64,000 nucleotides of DNA from IMG/VR virus record IMGVR_UViG_3300025770_001492, positions 62,001-126,000 of that record; one strand, written 5' to 3'. Below, in pieces: positions 36,011 through 45,029 of the stretch. Numbering within the stretch: position 1 is the first letter of the stretch; each line of letters begins with the position of its first letter. The translations under genes were made by a program, and so were the position numbers. The notes beneath the pieces are model-generated. The model did not search any database and had not been told where the DNA came from. It saw nothing but the letters and a program-made list of their open reading frames with translations.

Positions 36011-36517
36011 ATGAAAAAAGGAATTTTACTGGCATCTATGTTGTTTTCTATGATAATCTGTTCAGGATGCTCTAACAATTTATCTCCATTTAGCCCAGAC
36101 ATGAAAAATGAGATAAACAACCAAAGTGGGAGAATAGAAGACATAAAGAGTAATCAAAACGGCCTAATGTTGGAGTTAATGAAACTTAGGAACGAACAAC
36201 AGATTAATGCAGACAAAATTGAAAATTTTCAACAAGGTCTATTAAATCTTTCTGGAAAAAATGAAAACTTTGGAGTTCAAATTTTACAGGGTGATGGGTC
36301 GCTGGTGATGGTTTTTGCGTTAGGAACGATTGCCATGATGTTGATTTACCACTACAGAACAAAGTCAATAAAGAAAGAAAAAGCGGCAGGCATATTAGCG
36401 CAGCAAATTGTAAACTACAACGATGATTCGTTAACAGATGGCGTATTCGTTAGCGCAATGTACACAGATGTAGAAAAAGATGTTTATGAGTTGATCTCAA
36501 AGAATCAAAATCTGTAA
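36011..36517 (+). CDS. lipoprotein with coiled coil and internal TM helix
   Basis: MKK...CSGC lipobox; AAGGA SD; TAGATA twice upstream. Confidence 0.65.
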   Translation: MKKGILLASMLFSMIICSGCSNNLSPFSPDMKNEINNQSGRIEDIKSNQNGLMLELMKLRNEQQINADKIENFQQGLLNLSGKNENFGVQILQGDGSLVMVFALGTIAMMLIYHYRTKSIKKEKAAGILAQQIVNYNDDSLTDGVFVSAMYTDVEKDVYELISKNQNL

Positions 36518-36569
36518 GAGGTAAATGAGAAGATTTAAAAAACCCATTTGCAAATTGAAATAATACAAT

Positions 36570-36845
36570 TCAGACATCGTATCCTTGCTTTATATTTTTC
36601 AACAAGGGGTATCCTTTACAATTATCACCCAGCGGCACACCAGACGCCGCTGGGTCTTTGCCTTTACTCTGACAAGATACAACCCACATTGAAATCTTGG
36701 CATCAATAAGAGACTTGTCGCTAATCTTATGTTTTAAACAATACCATTTATTCCAATTTTTCTCATCTTGCCTTAAATATCGACAGGTATTTGAATCCGA
36801 TCCACCAAGAAGGCACACGTTAACTAGTTGATTTTTAGAAAGCAT
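36570..36845 (-). CDS. Cys-containing hypothetical protein
   Basis: 91 aa, CRYL...CLKH...NCKGY. Confidence 0.6.
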   Translation of the reverse strand: MLSKNQLVNVCLLGGSDSNTCRYLRQDEKNWNKWYCLKHKISDKSLIDAKISMWVVSCQSKGKDPAASGVPLGDNCKGYPLLKNIKQGYDV

Positions 36846-36849
36846 ATTT

Positions 36850-37383
36850 TCACCAAATAGAAATTTCTTCCCCTATGTCAGATATCAAAGTACCATTTTG
36901 ATGATCTATCTCATGAGCATAAACTACAGCATGCAAATCAGTCAACGTATCTTGAAAGCCTTCAAGAAAAAGACCTCCTTGTTCGTTTATAGACAACCTA
37001 CTCCCTGTAACCAATATTTTATTAGACCTATCCACCCAATATCTTTTCAAAGTTCCGTCTGAATTTTTTAAAGAGAGGCAACCTTCTATGCCTCTCTTTG
37101 ACTCGGATGCATCTTTAACCTCTGCATAAGAACAATTTACAAGATGATCGAATTCACCGTCTGGACTCTTTACTACAAAAAGTTTTAGTGGAACGCCAAC
37201 CTGCACTGCTGACAGACCTATACCATCTGCTTTGATGCAAGCTCTTTCCATTTTGAGACACAAATCGTATGCCTCAACCAAAGATTTGCAATCATCCTGA
37301 ACGTCTTCTACAAATTCGCAATCAGGTATATCCTTTAAATCAACTATATCGGCCCCACGAAGAGGTTTTTTGTTTAATTTCAT
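36850..37383 (-). CDS. def: peptide deformylase
   Basis: GIGLSAVQVG, EGCLS and HEIDHQNG motifs. Confidence 0.95.
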   Translation of the reverse strand: MKLNKKPLRGADIVDLKDIPDCEFVEDVQDDCKSLVEAYDLCLKMERACIKADGIGLSAVQVGVPLKLFVVKSPDGEFDHLVNCSYAEVKDASESKRGIEGCLSLKNSDGTLKRYWVDRSNKILVTGSRLSINEQGGLFLEGFQDTLTDLHAVVYAHEIDHQNGTLISDIGEEISIW

Positions 37384-37643
37384 TTTGACAAAGCTTTTAC
37401 TATTCCAGAAACTCTAGAATCTAACCAAACCTTCAAGTCCTCTGGATTGCCTCGGAGGCTAGTGGGAATCTTTAGTATCACAGGAATTTCTTCACCATCA
37501 TTCACGATTAAATCTATATGTTTGTCTACTAGATCTCTAACAAGAGAAGATACCGAACATCCCATCTTTTTAGATGAGTTCTTTAACAGTTCCTGCATTT
37601 CAGGCTCTACTGACAAACTCATTATCTTTAATTTTTTACTCAT
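37380..37643 (-). CDS. ribbon-helix-helix (CopG-like) DNA-binding protein
   Basis: IMSLSVEPEMQELLKNSSKKMGCSVSSLVRDLV. Confidence 0.7.
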   Translation of the reverse strand: MSKKLKIMSLSVEPEMQELLKNSSKKMGCSVSSLVRDLVDKHIDLIVNDGEEIPVILKIPTSLRGNPEDLKVWLDSRVSGIVKALSK

Positions 37644-37652
37644 AATAAACCC

Positions 37653-37913
37653 TTAACCAAAATGTTGACGCAATTTTTGCTTTAATTCTTCTTTTTTAAC
37701 ATTTGCAGCCGTTTCCTTGGCTTTTCTTCTACGCTTTTCGCCTTTGCTCTCATAAAATTGCTTTTGTTTCCATTGAGCAAGAATGCCTGCTTCATTGCAC
37801 TGCTTTTTAAATGCAGAAAACATTCCCTTAAACGCCCTTTCCTTCTCTTCTCTAGAAGCATTGGGATTATATCTTTTTAACTCTACTCTAACTCTCGTGA
37901 CGTTAGCCATCAA
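37653..37913 (-). CDS. rpsU: ribosomal protein bS21 homolog
   Basis: FKKQCNEAGIL...QFYESKGEKRRRK, the bS21 signature, with an N-terminal insertion. Confidence 0.8.
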   Translation of the reverse strand: MMANVTRVRVELKRYNPNASREEKERAFKGMFSAFKKQCNEAGILAQWKQKQFYESKGEKRRRKAKETAANVKKEELKQKLRQHFG

Positions 37914-37921
37914 TAAGTTCC

Positions 37922-39064
37922 TTAAACTTTAGGTATTTTTATAAACCTTGAACCAAATCTTTTATTTTTTAGTTCTCTAACTTTTTTATAAGGGACAATT
38001 TCTTCTATTTCCGCTGTAGAAGGCCAGTTGTCCCTATTTAAATCGGGTAAAAATTTATCTAGTCTATTGGTTAATGCGTCAAAAACATTCACCTTCCAAG
38101 AAGTATTATCTCTATGACCTAATATAGTAGGAAATCCAAAAATATATTCTCTAGGGATGTCATCTGCCATCAGATCGTCTATTTCAAACTCTTTACAATT
38201 AGAATATCTGCTTCTCTCATCAAACGCCACAAAGGGGCATCTTGCTATAATTGATAATCTTGAAATGCCAGAGTAAAAATCTACAACAAGCCCAACATGC
38301 CTCATAGCTGCCAATATATGAGAGATGTCTCCGTCATTTATGTACAAACATTTATCTAAAAAATCTCCAGAAATATCATGAGTATATTTGTCAAGATACA
38401 CAACTGGCTGGTATCCTTTAACCAGAAGGCTTTCAACTAGACCTATCCAAAAATTCTTATCAACGTCCACATAGTTAATTCTTCCATTTTTCCAGTGCCT
38501 AGCAATAGAGTTTGGATATATAAACACTTTAAAACCTTGAGACTTACCCATATCTCTAATGAACTGGTTCCCTAAAATTGCAGCCGAGGATATCGCTGGG
38601 AAATACTTTTTAACATTCTTGAATGCGTCAAAAAATCCCTGCTTTATTCCTCTATTGTAGAATTTTTGCAAGTCTTTATAAGAAGAACAGTCTACAAAAA
38701 AATGATTTAAATTTCTTTCGTATCTAACACACAAATCTGAATTGTTTCTCATCCCGTCAGTTTGACGATACATTGATTTCATTACAGATTTTTCGCTTAT
38801 CGACCAATATTCATCTACATATGGAAATAGATTTTCATATCCAGTCCATGAGCAAAATATAAAATATTTAGATGATTTTAATTCTTCTCTAAACCTCTTC
38901 ACTATCAAAGAAGAGGCAATTGACATAGATCGCATATCGCCAAATAAAAACAAAACACAAACATTGTCAGGATCTATCGATGTAGGAACATTGTTTGAGT
39001 CATATCTAACACGCTCGAAGCCACATTTATCAGCAGCATTTTTTAAAAATAGAGAAGAATCCAT
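37922..39064 (-). CDS. GT9 (heptosyltransferase-like) GT-B glycosyltransferase homolog
   Basis: GDMRSM N-terminal loop; LVVDFYSGISRLSIIARCPFVAF resembles the GT9 DSG..HLA..G.P motif. Confidence 0.5.
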   Translation of the reverse strand: MDSSLFLKNAADKCGFERVRYDSNNVPTSIDPDNVCVLFLFGDMRSMSIASSLIVKRFREELKSSKYFIFCSWTGYENLFPYVDEYWSISEKSVMKSMYRQTDGMRNNSDLCVRYERNLNHFFVDCSSYKDLQKFYNRGIKQGFFDAFKNVKKYFPAISSAAILGNQFIRDMGKSQGFKVFIYPNSIARHWKNGRINYVDVDKNFWIGLVESLLVKGYQPVVYLDKYTHDISGDFLDKCLYINDGDISHILAAMRHVGLVVDFYSGISRLSIIARCPFVAFDERSRYSNCKEFEIDDLMADDIPREYIFGFPTILGHRDNTSWKVNVFDALTNRLDKFLPDLNRDNWPSTAEIEEIVPYKKVRELKNKRFGSRFIKIPKV

Positions 39065-39068
39065 ATAT

Positions 39069-40238
39069 TTACCTAATTAAAACCTCACGCTCTTTCTTCA
39101 TGTTTTGAGCCACTACATCAGATTCTAACAGACCAAATACATCTTCGTAATTTCCGACTTCCATCTCTGTTATACATTGATTGGTCAAAGACAATGCTGC
39201 TTCATTGTCGTCATACATATTTAAGTAATGACAAATGCAAAGTTTATTATCAGAAAAATCACACAATTCTCTCCGATAACCCTCTTGCCCTCGACCCCAA
39301 ATTTGATCTGGGCTTTCAAACAACAAGTACGGCGTGCCAACCATAGAAGCTAGTCGGGTAGAAGCTGTCCAGTACTGAATAGTGAAATTCAAAGAAGATA
39401 TCAAAGCCAGAGTTAACTCTAAATCTCTAGACTCAGGCATCCTAGAAAAATCTACAACATCCTCAACAGGACATGGCAGAGTACTTTGTTTCTCGCCAAG
39501 CCAAATAGGGCTATATCCCATATCCCTGAGCATTTTTATTAAATTAACATAAAACTCAGGCTGCATGTTTCTGCCATATGTTTTTCTTCCACGAGCAAAT
39601 ATTCCAACAGGGTTTTTCCCCAAATAATATTTTGCTTGATCTATTTTAAATTTTGATGGATTAGGAGTTAACTTTGCATATTTTTTAAAACTCTTGGGAT
39701 CTGAGAAAAGTGAAGGAATGACATCTTCACTTTCGCAGTACTTGCACTTCTTACATGGATCAGTTTGTCCCCATGAAGCCCCGCAACTCTTGCATTTACA
39801 TCCTACTGCAATTCTACCCATTTCCTGTGTTGTGATAACTCTTCCAAGTTTTTTCAAAGCCTTTTCTAAGTTGGATAGATTCTTGGAGTCATAATGAAAA
39901 GCCCTACAATAATCTCTCAAATGTTGAAACTCTTCTTTTATTTCCCAAAATTCATCTGCCAGATGCCGATATAAATATTCCCTACCAAACCAACCTACAA
40001 TAATTACATATTTTCCAGGATTCTCACGAAGGATTCTGGGAATGCAGTACATGCATCCAACAATCTCGCAACCAAATTCTGACAAGCTTGAAATAATTAG
40101 TATATCATCTGGATTCTTGGGCTTTGTTCTTGGATTGTTTTTAAATAAATTAAAACTTATATCTACAACAGGCTCTTCTGCCTCAATCGACTTCTTGTCG
40201 CCAGCATTCTGTGGTTTGGGTTTTATGATTCTACTCAT
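39069..40238 (-). CDS. GT9-like glycosyltransferase homolog with zinc-ribbon insert
   Basis: EFGCE...; YWTASTRLASMVGTPYLLF; CKCKSC...CKKCKYC insert. Confidence 0.5.
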   Translation of the reverse strand: MSRIIKPKPQNAGDKKSIEAEEPVVDISFNLFKNNPRTKPKNPDDILIISSLSEFGCEIVGCMYCIPRILRENPGKYVIIVGWFGREYLYRHLADEFWEIKEEFQHLRDYCRAFHYDSKNLSNLEKALKKLGRVITTQEMGRIAVGCKCKSCGASWGQTDPCKKCKYCESEDVIPSLFSDPKSFKKYAKLTPNPSKFKIDQAKYYLGKNPVGIFARGRKTYGRNMQPEFYVNLIKMLRDMGYSPIWLGEKQSTLPCPVEDVVDFSRMPESRDLELTLALISSLNFTIQYWTASTRLASMVGTPYLLFESPDQIWGRGQEGYRRELCDFSDNKLCICHYLNMYDDNEAALSLTNQCITEMEVGNYEDVFGLLESDVVAQNMKKEREVLIR

Positions 40239-40420
40239 TTAGTGTTACCCTTAGTTCTGTACATCTTCGACGCATGTCCGCACTCAGGGCACCTGAACTG
40301 TCTACCCCCGCAATTCTTGCATTTTTTGATTTCTTTAAGATGATCTAGATCTGAAGAAAGTCCGGTAGACTTTTCTGCCCAATTGCAGGCTTTACATTTT
40401 ATAAGAAACCTTTTATCCAT
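40235..40420 (-). CDS. double zinc-ribbon small protein
   Basis: CKAC, CKNC and CPEC. Confidence 0.7.
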   Translation of the reverse strand: MDKRFLIKCKACNWAEKSTGLSSDLDHLKEIKKCKNCGGRQFRCPECGHASKMYRTKGNTK

Positions 40421-40441
40421 GAAATAATATAGTTAATAACT

Positions 40442-41611
40442 TTATTTTTTCATCTGCCTTAGAATTCTATTTCTTTCTTTTTCATTATACAAATCCCAAG
40501 TCTTAACCTTGGTGGCTTCATCATCGTCTTCATCTATCCCGCCACCGCCCATGCCGTAGAGGTATGCTCCCTTACCAAGTTTCCCTCCACCATTCCCTTT
40601 TTTCGCCTCTCCCAAGTCTTTACAAAGTTTAGGAACAGACACGGTAGAAGAAGAACTGCGAACTGAGCCTTCAATCCTGTCCCCATCAACCATTGCAAAG
40701 CTTATAGCGGTGGTCACCCCTTCCCATGTAACCATGTCATCAGACATGTCTGCGATCATATCTCTATGCCTAGAAGGAATTATCCCCATGCCCACAACGG
40801 CCACTCCCTCATTGATATACGCTTTCTTAGTAGCCTCTGCTTTTGAATCAACCCAAAACTTTGGACGTTCAAAATTAACTATAGACTTCAAAGCAGACGG
40901 ATGCCTGTATTCAAACAACCCTGACCACGCTTTGAATTCATACTCGGTTGCGTCATCAGCCATCAAGTTTTCAGTATCTGTGCTTATCCCAACCATCAAG
41001 GCAGTAGCCAACTTAGAGTCAATGTCATTATCTGGATCAAATTTTAGACCCGTTTTTTCTATCAAATCATAGACGGTAGCCGAACAACTTCCTGCTTTCA
41101 AATTAATCCATAGACCTTGAAAACTAGCAGAAGGATTTTCCCTATGGTGATCAACTACAATGTCAAATGTGACTTCATCACACAATCCCGCATTAACTGG
41201 GACTGTATCGCACAAAATATGGATACTATAGGGAGACTCTTTATGTATTTGGGCGTATTCGTCAACCCTTCTTAGATTGGGATCAAGAAGGTTGACCATC
41301 GCAACATTTTGCGGATGAGAAACTTCTCCAGAATAGAACAAATCACTTTCAATTCCATAAGACTTTTCTAACAACCACTGCATCCCCATCATGGAGCCGA
41401 TAGCATCTGGATCTGGACACCTATGAGTGAATATCGCAGCCTTGTTGCAAGACTCTGAATTGTTGCGATTTTCAAAGCCTGTAGCCTCGCTGAAAAAGGA
41501 TTTAAACTTTGTGAAGTACGTTGCCCTTTTACCAGAAGCAGGCTTTTTTTTAGAAGTTTTTTCTTGAGAAGATTCTTCAACATCCTTAGCCTTGGAAGAA
41601 GCGGTGTTCAT
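40442..41611 (-). CDS. DHH/DHHA1 phosphoesterase (NrnA/GdpP-like)
   Basis: HRCPDPDAIGS, LCD, VVDHH, GISTDT and GGG motifs; ATG at 41611 directly after the upstream stop. Confidence 0.9.
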   Translation of the reverse strand: MNTASSKAKDVEESSQEKTSKKKPASGKRATYFTKFKSFFSEATGFENRNNSESCNKAAIFTHRCPDPDAIGSMMGMQWLLEKSYGIESDLFYSGEVSHPQNVAMVNLLDPNLRRVDEYAQIHKESPYSIHILCDTVPVNAGLCDEVTFDIVVDHHRENPSASFQGLWINLKAGSCSATVYDLIEKTGLKFDPDNDIDSKLATALMVGISTDTENLMADDATEYEFKAWSGLFEYRHPSALKSIVNFERPKFWVDSKAEATKKAYINEGVAVVGMGIIPSRHRDMIADMSDDMVTWEGVTTAISFAMVDGDRIEGSVRSSSSTVSVPKLCKDLGEAKKGNGGGKLGKGAYLYGMGGGGIDEDDDEATKVKTWDLYNEKERNRILRQMKK

Positions 41612-41612
41612 C

Positions 41613-42026
41613 TTATACCTTAAAAACGAGTCCTTTGTTCCTGAGAAAAGTAACGATACTAATATCTTTTCCCATGTCATCTGTGACACGAATGTCAACG
41701 ATCCAAAACGAGTCTTTTTTTTCCTTCAAAACACAACGAGGATTTGTGCTAGAATTGAACAACTTGATCAATTCATCCTTTGCCTTGTAAGAAGATGTAA
41801 CTTCTAGAAAGGCCCAAACTTTCCTTCCGTCTTCAAGAACCAATTCAAACTCGTGACCAGAATTAACCCTTACTTGATTTATTCCAAAAACTCCAAAAGA
41901 ATCAACAATTCCAGATGTGGAATTGTTTGAAAATGGAGACTTTATACTACACATGACAACAAAGTTTGACAAAAGCAAAACAATCAAAATAAGCTTTAGC
42001 AAAGTATTTTTATTCATTTTAACCAC
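41613..42026 (-). CDS. membrane-anchored protein, weak thermonuclease (SNase)-like pattern
   Basis: N-terminal TM; OB-like strands and a C-terminal FLRNKGL helix; catalytic residues not evident. Confidence 0.35.
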   Translation of the reverse strand: MVKMNKNTLLKLILIVLLLSNFVVMCSIKSPFSNNSTSGIVDSFGVFGINQVRVNSGHEFELVLEDGRKVWAFLEVTSSYKAKDELIKLFNSSTNPRCVLKEKKDSFWIVDIRVTDDMGKDISIVTFLRNKGLVFKV

Positions 42027-42075
42027 TCAATATGATATGACACAATCCGCAAATACAAATAGAAAAAGATGTTTT

Positions 42076-42627
42076 CTAAGCTTGTTCCTCACCATTGGAC
42101 TTATCATTATCTATTATCGCATCATTCAATTCTAAAAGTTCTTCGCACCACAAACCATATCTCGAAACATTCTGCGTGAAAACCAACAAGTCCAAAGGAG
42201 AAACCTTCCATTTCGGATTTCCGTCATCATCAATTTTCAACTCATTAGAATATTGAACTCTTCCAAATTCGTCTTTTACGACTTTTTTCTTCCCATTTTC
42301 AACCACTACCTCTGGTAAGAATTCAGCTTCCATTCGGGTCATGTGCAAATCTATGAATGCATGCTTTTGGTCGGGGCCAAGTATTTGGTGCCATATATCT
42401 GAACAAATTACAATGCAAAAATCATATTTTGTGGCTTGCCATACTTTTGAAAACTCTGAAAATTTCTTAGTCGAACCCCAATTAAAACGATTATTTGTAA
42501 ATGGCTTCGAATCTACAAAAGCAGCAGTGACTCGTGCTTCGTCTAAACGAGGAGAATGATGAAAAGATTTCACATCGTTAATTGTTGTTTGAACAGTGTC
42601 AGGTACTTTCCAAGTAACAGGCATCAT
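42076..42627 (-). CDS. phage metallopeptidase-like domain lacking HExxH
   Basis: YDFCIVI...W...QKHAFIDLHM...D...F..NVSRYGLW pattern; DLHM where DHELxH is expected. Confidence 0.5.
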   Translation of the reverse strand: MMPVTWKVPDTVQTTINDVKSFHHSPRLDEARVTAAFVDSKPFTNNRFNWGSTKKFSEFSKVWQATKYDFCIVICSDIWHQILGPDQKHAFIDLHMTRMEAEFLPEVVVENGKKKVVKDEFGRVQYSNELKIDDDGNPKWKVSPLDLLVFTQNVSRYGLWCEELLELNDAIIDNDKSNGEEQA

Positions 42628-42836
42628 TTTTCCTTTTCTGTTTTTGTAATTTTAGATTTAACTTTTTCGTTTCGATTAAAAATATGAAAAAGTGTAGACA
42701 AGAATAACATTCCAAGCACGAAAAAACAAATGTTATTGAATATGCTAAGAACGCCATCCTTTTCATAAGAGTAATATCCAACCAATACCGCTAGGGAAAG
42801 ATAGGACAACGCAGACAAAGCATATAATATTTTCAT
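42624..42836 (-). CDS. small two-TM membrane protein
   Basis: Two hydrophobic helices. Confidence 0.6.
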   Translation of the reverse strand: MKILYALSALSYLSLAVLVGYYSYEKDGVLSIFNNICFFVLGMLFLSTLFHIFNRNEKVKSKITKTEKEK

Positions 42837-42840
42837 AAAA

Positions 42841-42870
42841 AAACCTTCCTAAAACTATTTAGGAAGGTTT
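42841..42870 (-). terminator. intrinsic terminator containing a TAAATA box
   Basis: AAACCTTCCTA-AATAGTTT-TAGGAAGGTTT followed by a U-tract, then the next ATG. Confidence 0.7.
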
Positions 42871-42901
42871 ATTCTTAATTATATCTGAATGAAAGTCAAC
42901 G

Positions 42902-43678
42902 TCAATATGCTTGGCCAGAGGATATAGATTCTGGAGCCGAATGAGATAATTCGTCGCTCAACTTGTCAAGCTTTTCTTTAAGAGACTCCATCTTTTTTTC
43001 CATTGCTTCTGAGCGTTTTCCCAAACCTAACAAAGAATTGATTTTGTCACCCATCTCGTGCAGTTTAGCCTTAGCTTCTTCGATTTTCTCAAGATCTTCT
43101 TCACTATATGTTACTCCCAATTGCTCTGGTTCCAACTCTTGGTCAGGACCAATCGTATTTGGACGGATAGGATTGGGGGATTGCCTTATTGCATCAGCAA
43201 CTTTTTTGATTCCCTCTTTATCAATAACTGACTCTGTGAACACCTCTTTAGGAGCAAGCTCGCCATTCGCAGACATATTGTGAACAGTGTTCCAGTAGTC
43301 AGCATCTCGCTCAGACACGCCATCTGAAGGGTCTGAGTTCGTGGCTCCAAAAAAACTGACGTTTGCAGTTTTTTGGGACGGGACGAAGTGGTTAGGAGCA
43401 TTTTCGAAAACTCCATCGCTTTTTGCCTTTTCCCACTTTTCACACCAATCATCAAAGTCTCCTCTTTGCTCCTGCTCTCTGTCTTGGCCAAAAGAAGGAT
43501 CGAATCCAGCAGAAGAAGAAACAAATGACTCGCTATCTGTCACTTTAGGCTGTGGATTTAAGTTTCCATTTCCATCAGTAATAGCACCTTTGGAAAAGTC
43601 TTCTTCATTCTTCGCTTTGTCCCATTTTTGACACCAATCGGCAAAGTCTTCTCTTTGTTGTTGTTCATAATCTTTCAT
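42902..43678 (-). CDS. hypothetical protein with duplicated DF.DWC.KW motif and C-terminal coiled coil
   Basis: QREDFADWCQKWDKAK and QRGDFDDWCEKWEKAK; TATATA-N6-ATG. Confidence 0.7.
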   Translation of the reverse strand: MKDYEQQQREDFADWCQKWDKAKNEEDFSKGAITDGNGNLNPQPKVTDSESFVSSSAGFDPSFGQDREQEQRGDFDDWCEKWEKAKSDGVFENAPNHFVPSQKTANVSFFGATNSDPSDGVSERDADYWNTVHNMSANGELAPKEVFTESVIDKEGIKKVADAIRQSPNPIRPNTIGPDQELEPEQLGVTYSEEDLEKIEEAKAKLHEMGDKINSLLGLGKRSEAMEKKMESLKEKLDKLSDELSHSAPESISSGQAY

Positions 43679-43702
43679 AATAATTATATATGGTTTTCGA
43701 GC

Positions 43703-43915
43703 TTATTTTTTTAATTCTGGGTCGAAATAAATGGCCAAACTAGCAGTTGTGCTCTTCATCTCTCCAGAAAAATAAGCATCTCTAAGACGAGATATGGCTA
43801 AATTTGTTATGTTATACTTATATTCTAAATGTTCCCAGCTTTCATCGAAGCCTCTCATCATACACAGTAGCTCGTCAATAATCTTCAAATCATCTAAACG
43901 ATATTCTTTATTCAT
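43703..43915 (-). CDS. hypothetical protein
   Basis: 70 aa. Confidence 0.55.
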   Translation of the reverse strand: MNKEYRLDDLKIIDELLCMMRGFDESWEHLEYKYNITNLAISRLRDAYFSGEMKSTTASLAIYFDPELKK

Positions 43916-43926
43916 AACGATATTCT

Positions 43927-44523
43927 TTATTTATCAGGCTCAACAAGCAGTCTATCGATTTTCTCTTTTGATCTAAACTTAAACTCATCATGCCACCCAG
44001 TAGTTTTCCCCGTGTACCTCACGTTGCCCTTCAAAAACCTTCTCACAGCATACTCAGTATCTGAAGTATATCTAATACTTAAGAGAGCTTCTTCAAAATT
44101 GTTCTCTACCCAATCATAGTTTTGGGAACAACGAAGCATCATGGTAAAAAACGACCTTCTCATGCCAGTCTTGGTCCAAAATGGAACAACTTTTATCCAA
44201 GAAATTGTTGATCTTTGAGTTGGGCCAATTCGAGACTTGTCTTTAAGTTTCAACTTGTTTTCGACTTTTCTAATAAACCTAGCAACATCTTCTGTTTGAT
44301 GTTTCGAGTGAGAATATAAAATCCTTGTCACTCCCTGAGATTCTTGTTGAAACCATTCTCTGCAAAAGTACCACTTATTCGCCAGCCAAATTTCTTCGTT
44401 AGAAGGATGTGTTCGGGAGGAATGTCTAACTTTAGAAAAGGAACCTTGAGTGACTCGCATTGCAGAAGATCGTTTCTCACCAGTATCATTAGCAACTTTC
44501 TTTTTCTCGCCAATAATTGACAT
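43927..44523 (-). CDS. hypothetical protein, paralog of 3916..4638
   Basis: Shared motif series (see 3916..4638); GGAG SD. Confidence 0.7.
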   Translation of the reverse strand: MSIIGEKKKVANDTGEKRSSAMRVTQGSFSKVRHSSRTHPSNEEIWLANKWYFCREWFQQESQGVTRILYSHSKHQTEDVARFIRKVENKLKLKDKSRIGPTQRSTISWIKVVPFWTKTGMRRSFFTMMLRCSQNYDWVENNFEEALLSIRYTSDTEYAVRRFLKGNVRYTGKTTGWHDEFKFRSKEKIDRLLVEPDK

Positions 44524-44542
44524 CTATTTTCTCCAAGGGTTC

Positions 44543-45028
44543 TTAAGAGCTTTCTTCTGTCAGAATGTTTGCTCTAATCGTAAGGCCATCCTCAGTGTTT
44601 TCGATGGCGTCATCTAAATTTATCAAAGAGACACAACTCCAGTGAGGATCATCACGAGGAATATATTCCTGTTGGGTATAAAAGTAAACCTCAACTGTAT
44701 AGCTGTATTTCTTTTTTGCTAAATCATCGTGAGACATCCCAGCCAACAAATCCTCCGACATCTCTCTTGGAATCCGAATAGAATCTTTTTCATTTGCGTG
44801 AAGCAGTTTTCGCATGATTTGCATAACTGCTTCAATTTTTCCATCCCCTTGAAGCATCGACATAATGTTTCTTTTTTCCATTCCATCAAGAAACTCAGCT
44901 TTGGCTGTGTAACAAGCCATAACCTGACCTCTCTGAGGCTCATGCCTTCTGACATCAAAAAAATATTGATCAAAATTTTCTTCCGTGATGACCAGCAACT
45001 CTTCTTTTTCTTTTTCTTCTTCACTCAT
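44543..45028 (-). CDS. hypothetical acidic protein
   Basis: 161 aa directly after the C-terminal dnaE gene; GGGAA upstream. Confidence 0.65.
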   Translation of the reverse strand: MSEEEKEKEELLVITEENFDQYFFDVRRHEPQRGQVMACYTAKAEFLDGMEKRNIMSMLQGDGKIEAVMQIMRKLLHANEKDSIRIPREMSEDLLAGMSHDDLAKKKYSYTVEVYFYTQQEYIPRDDPHWSCVSLINLDDAIENTEDGLTIRANILTEESS

Positions 45029-45029
45029 T

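Noticed and set aside
44719-45024. Alternative-frame and antisense ORFs over real genes (e.g. 44719-, 459+, 1409+, 4439+, 40710+, 55583+, 58558+)
   Set aside because: They overlap motif-bearing genes, lack SD or promoter context and show no recognisable motifs
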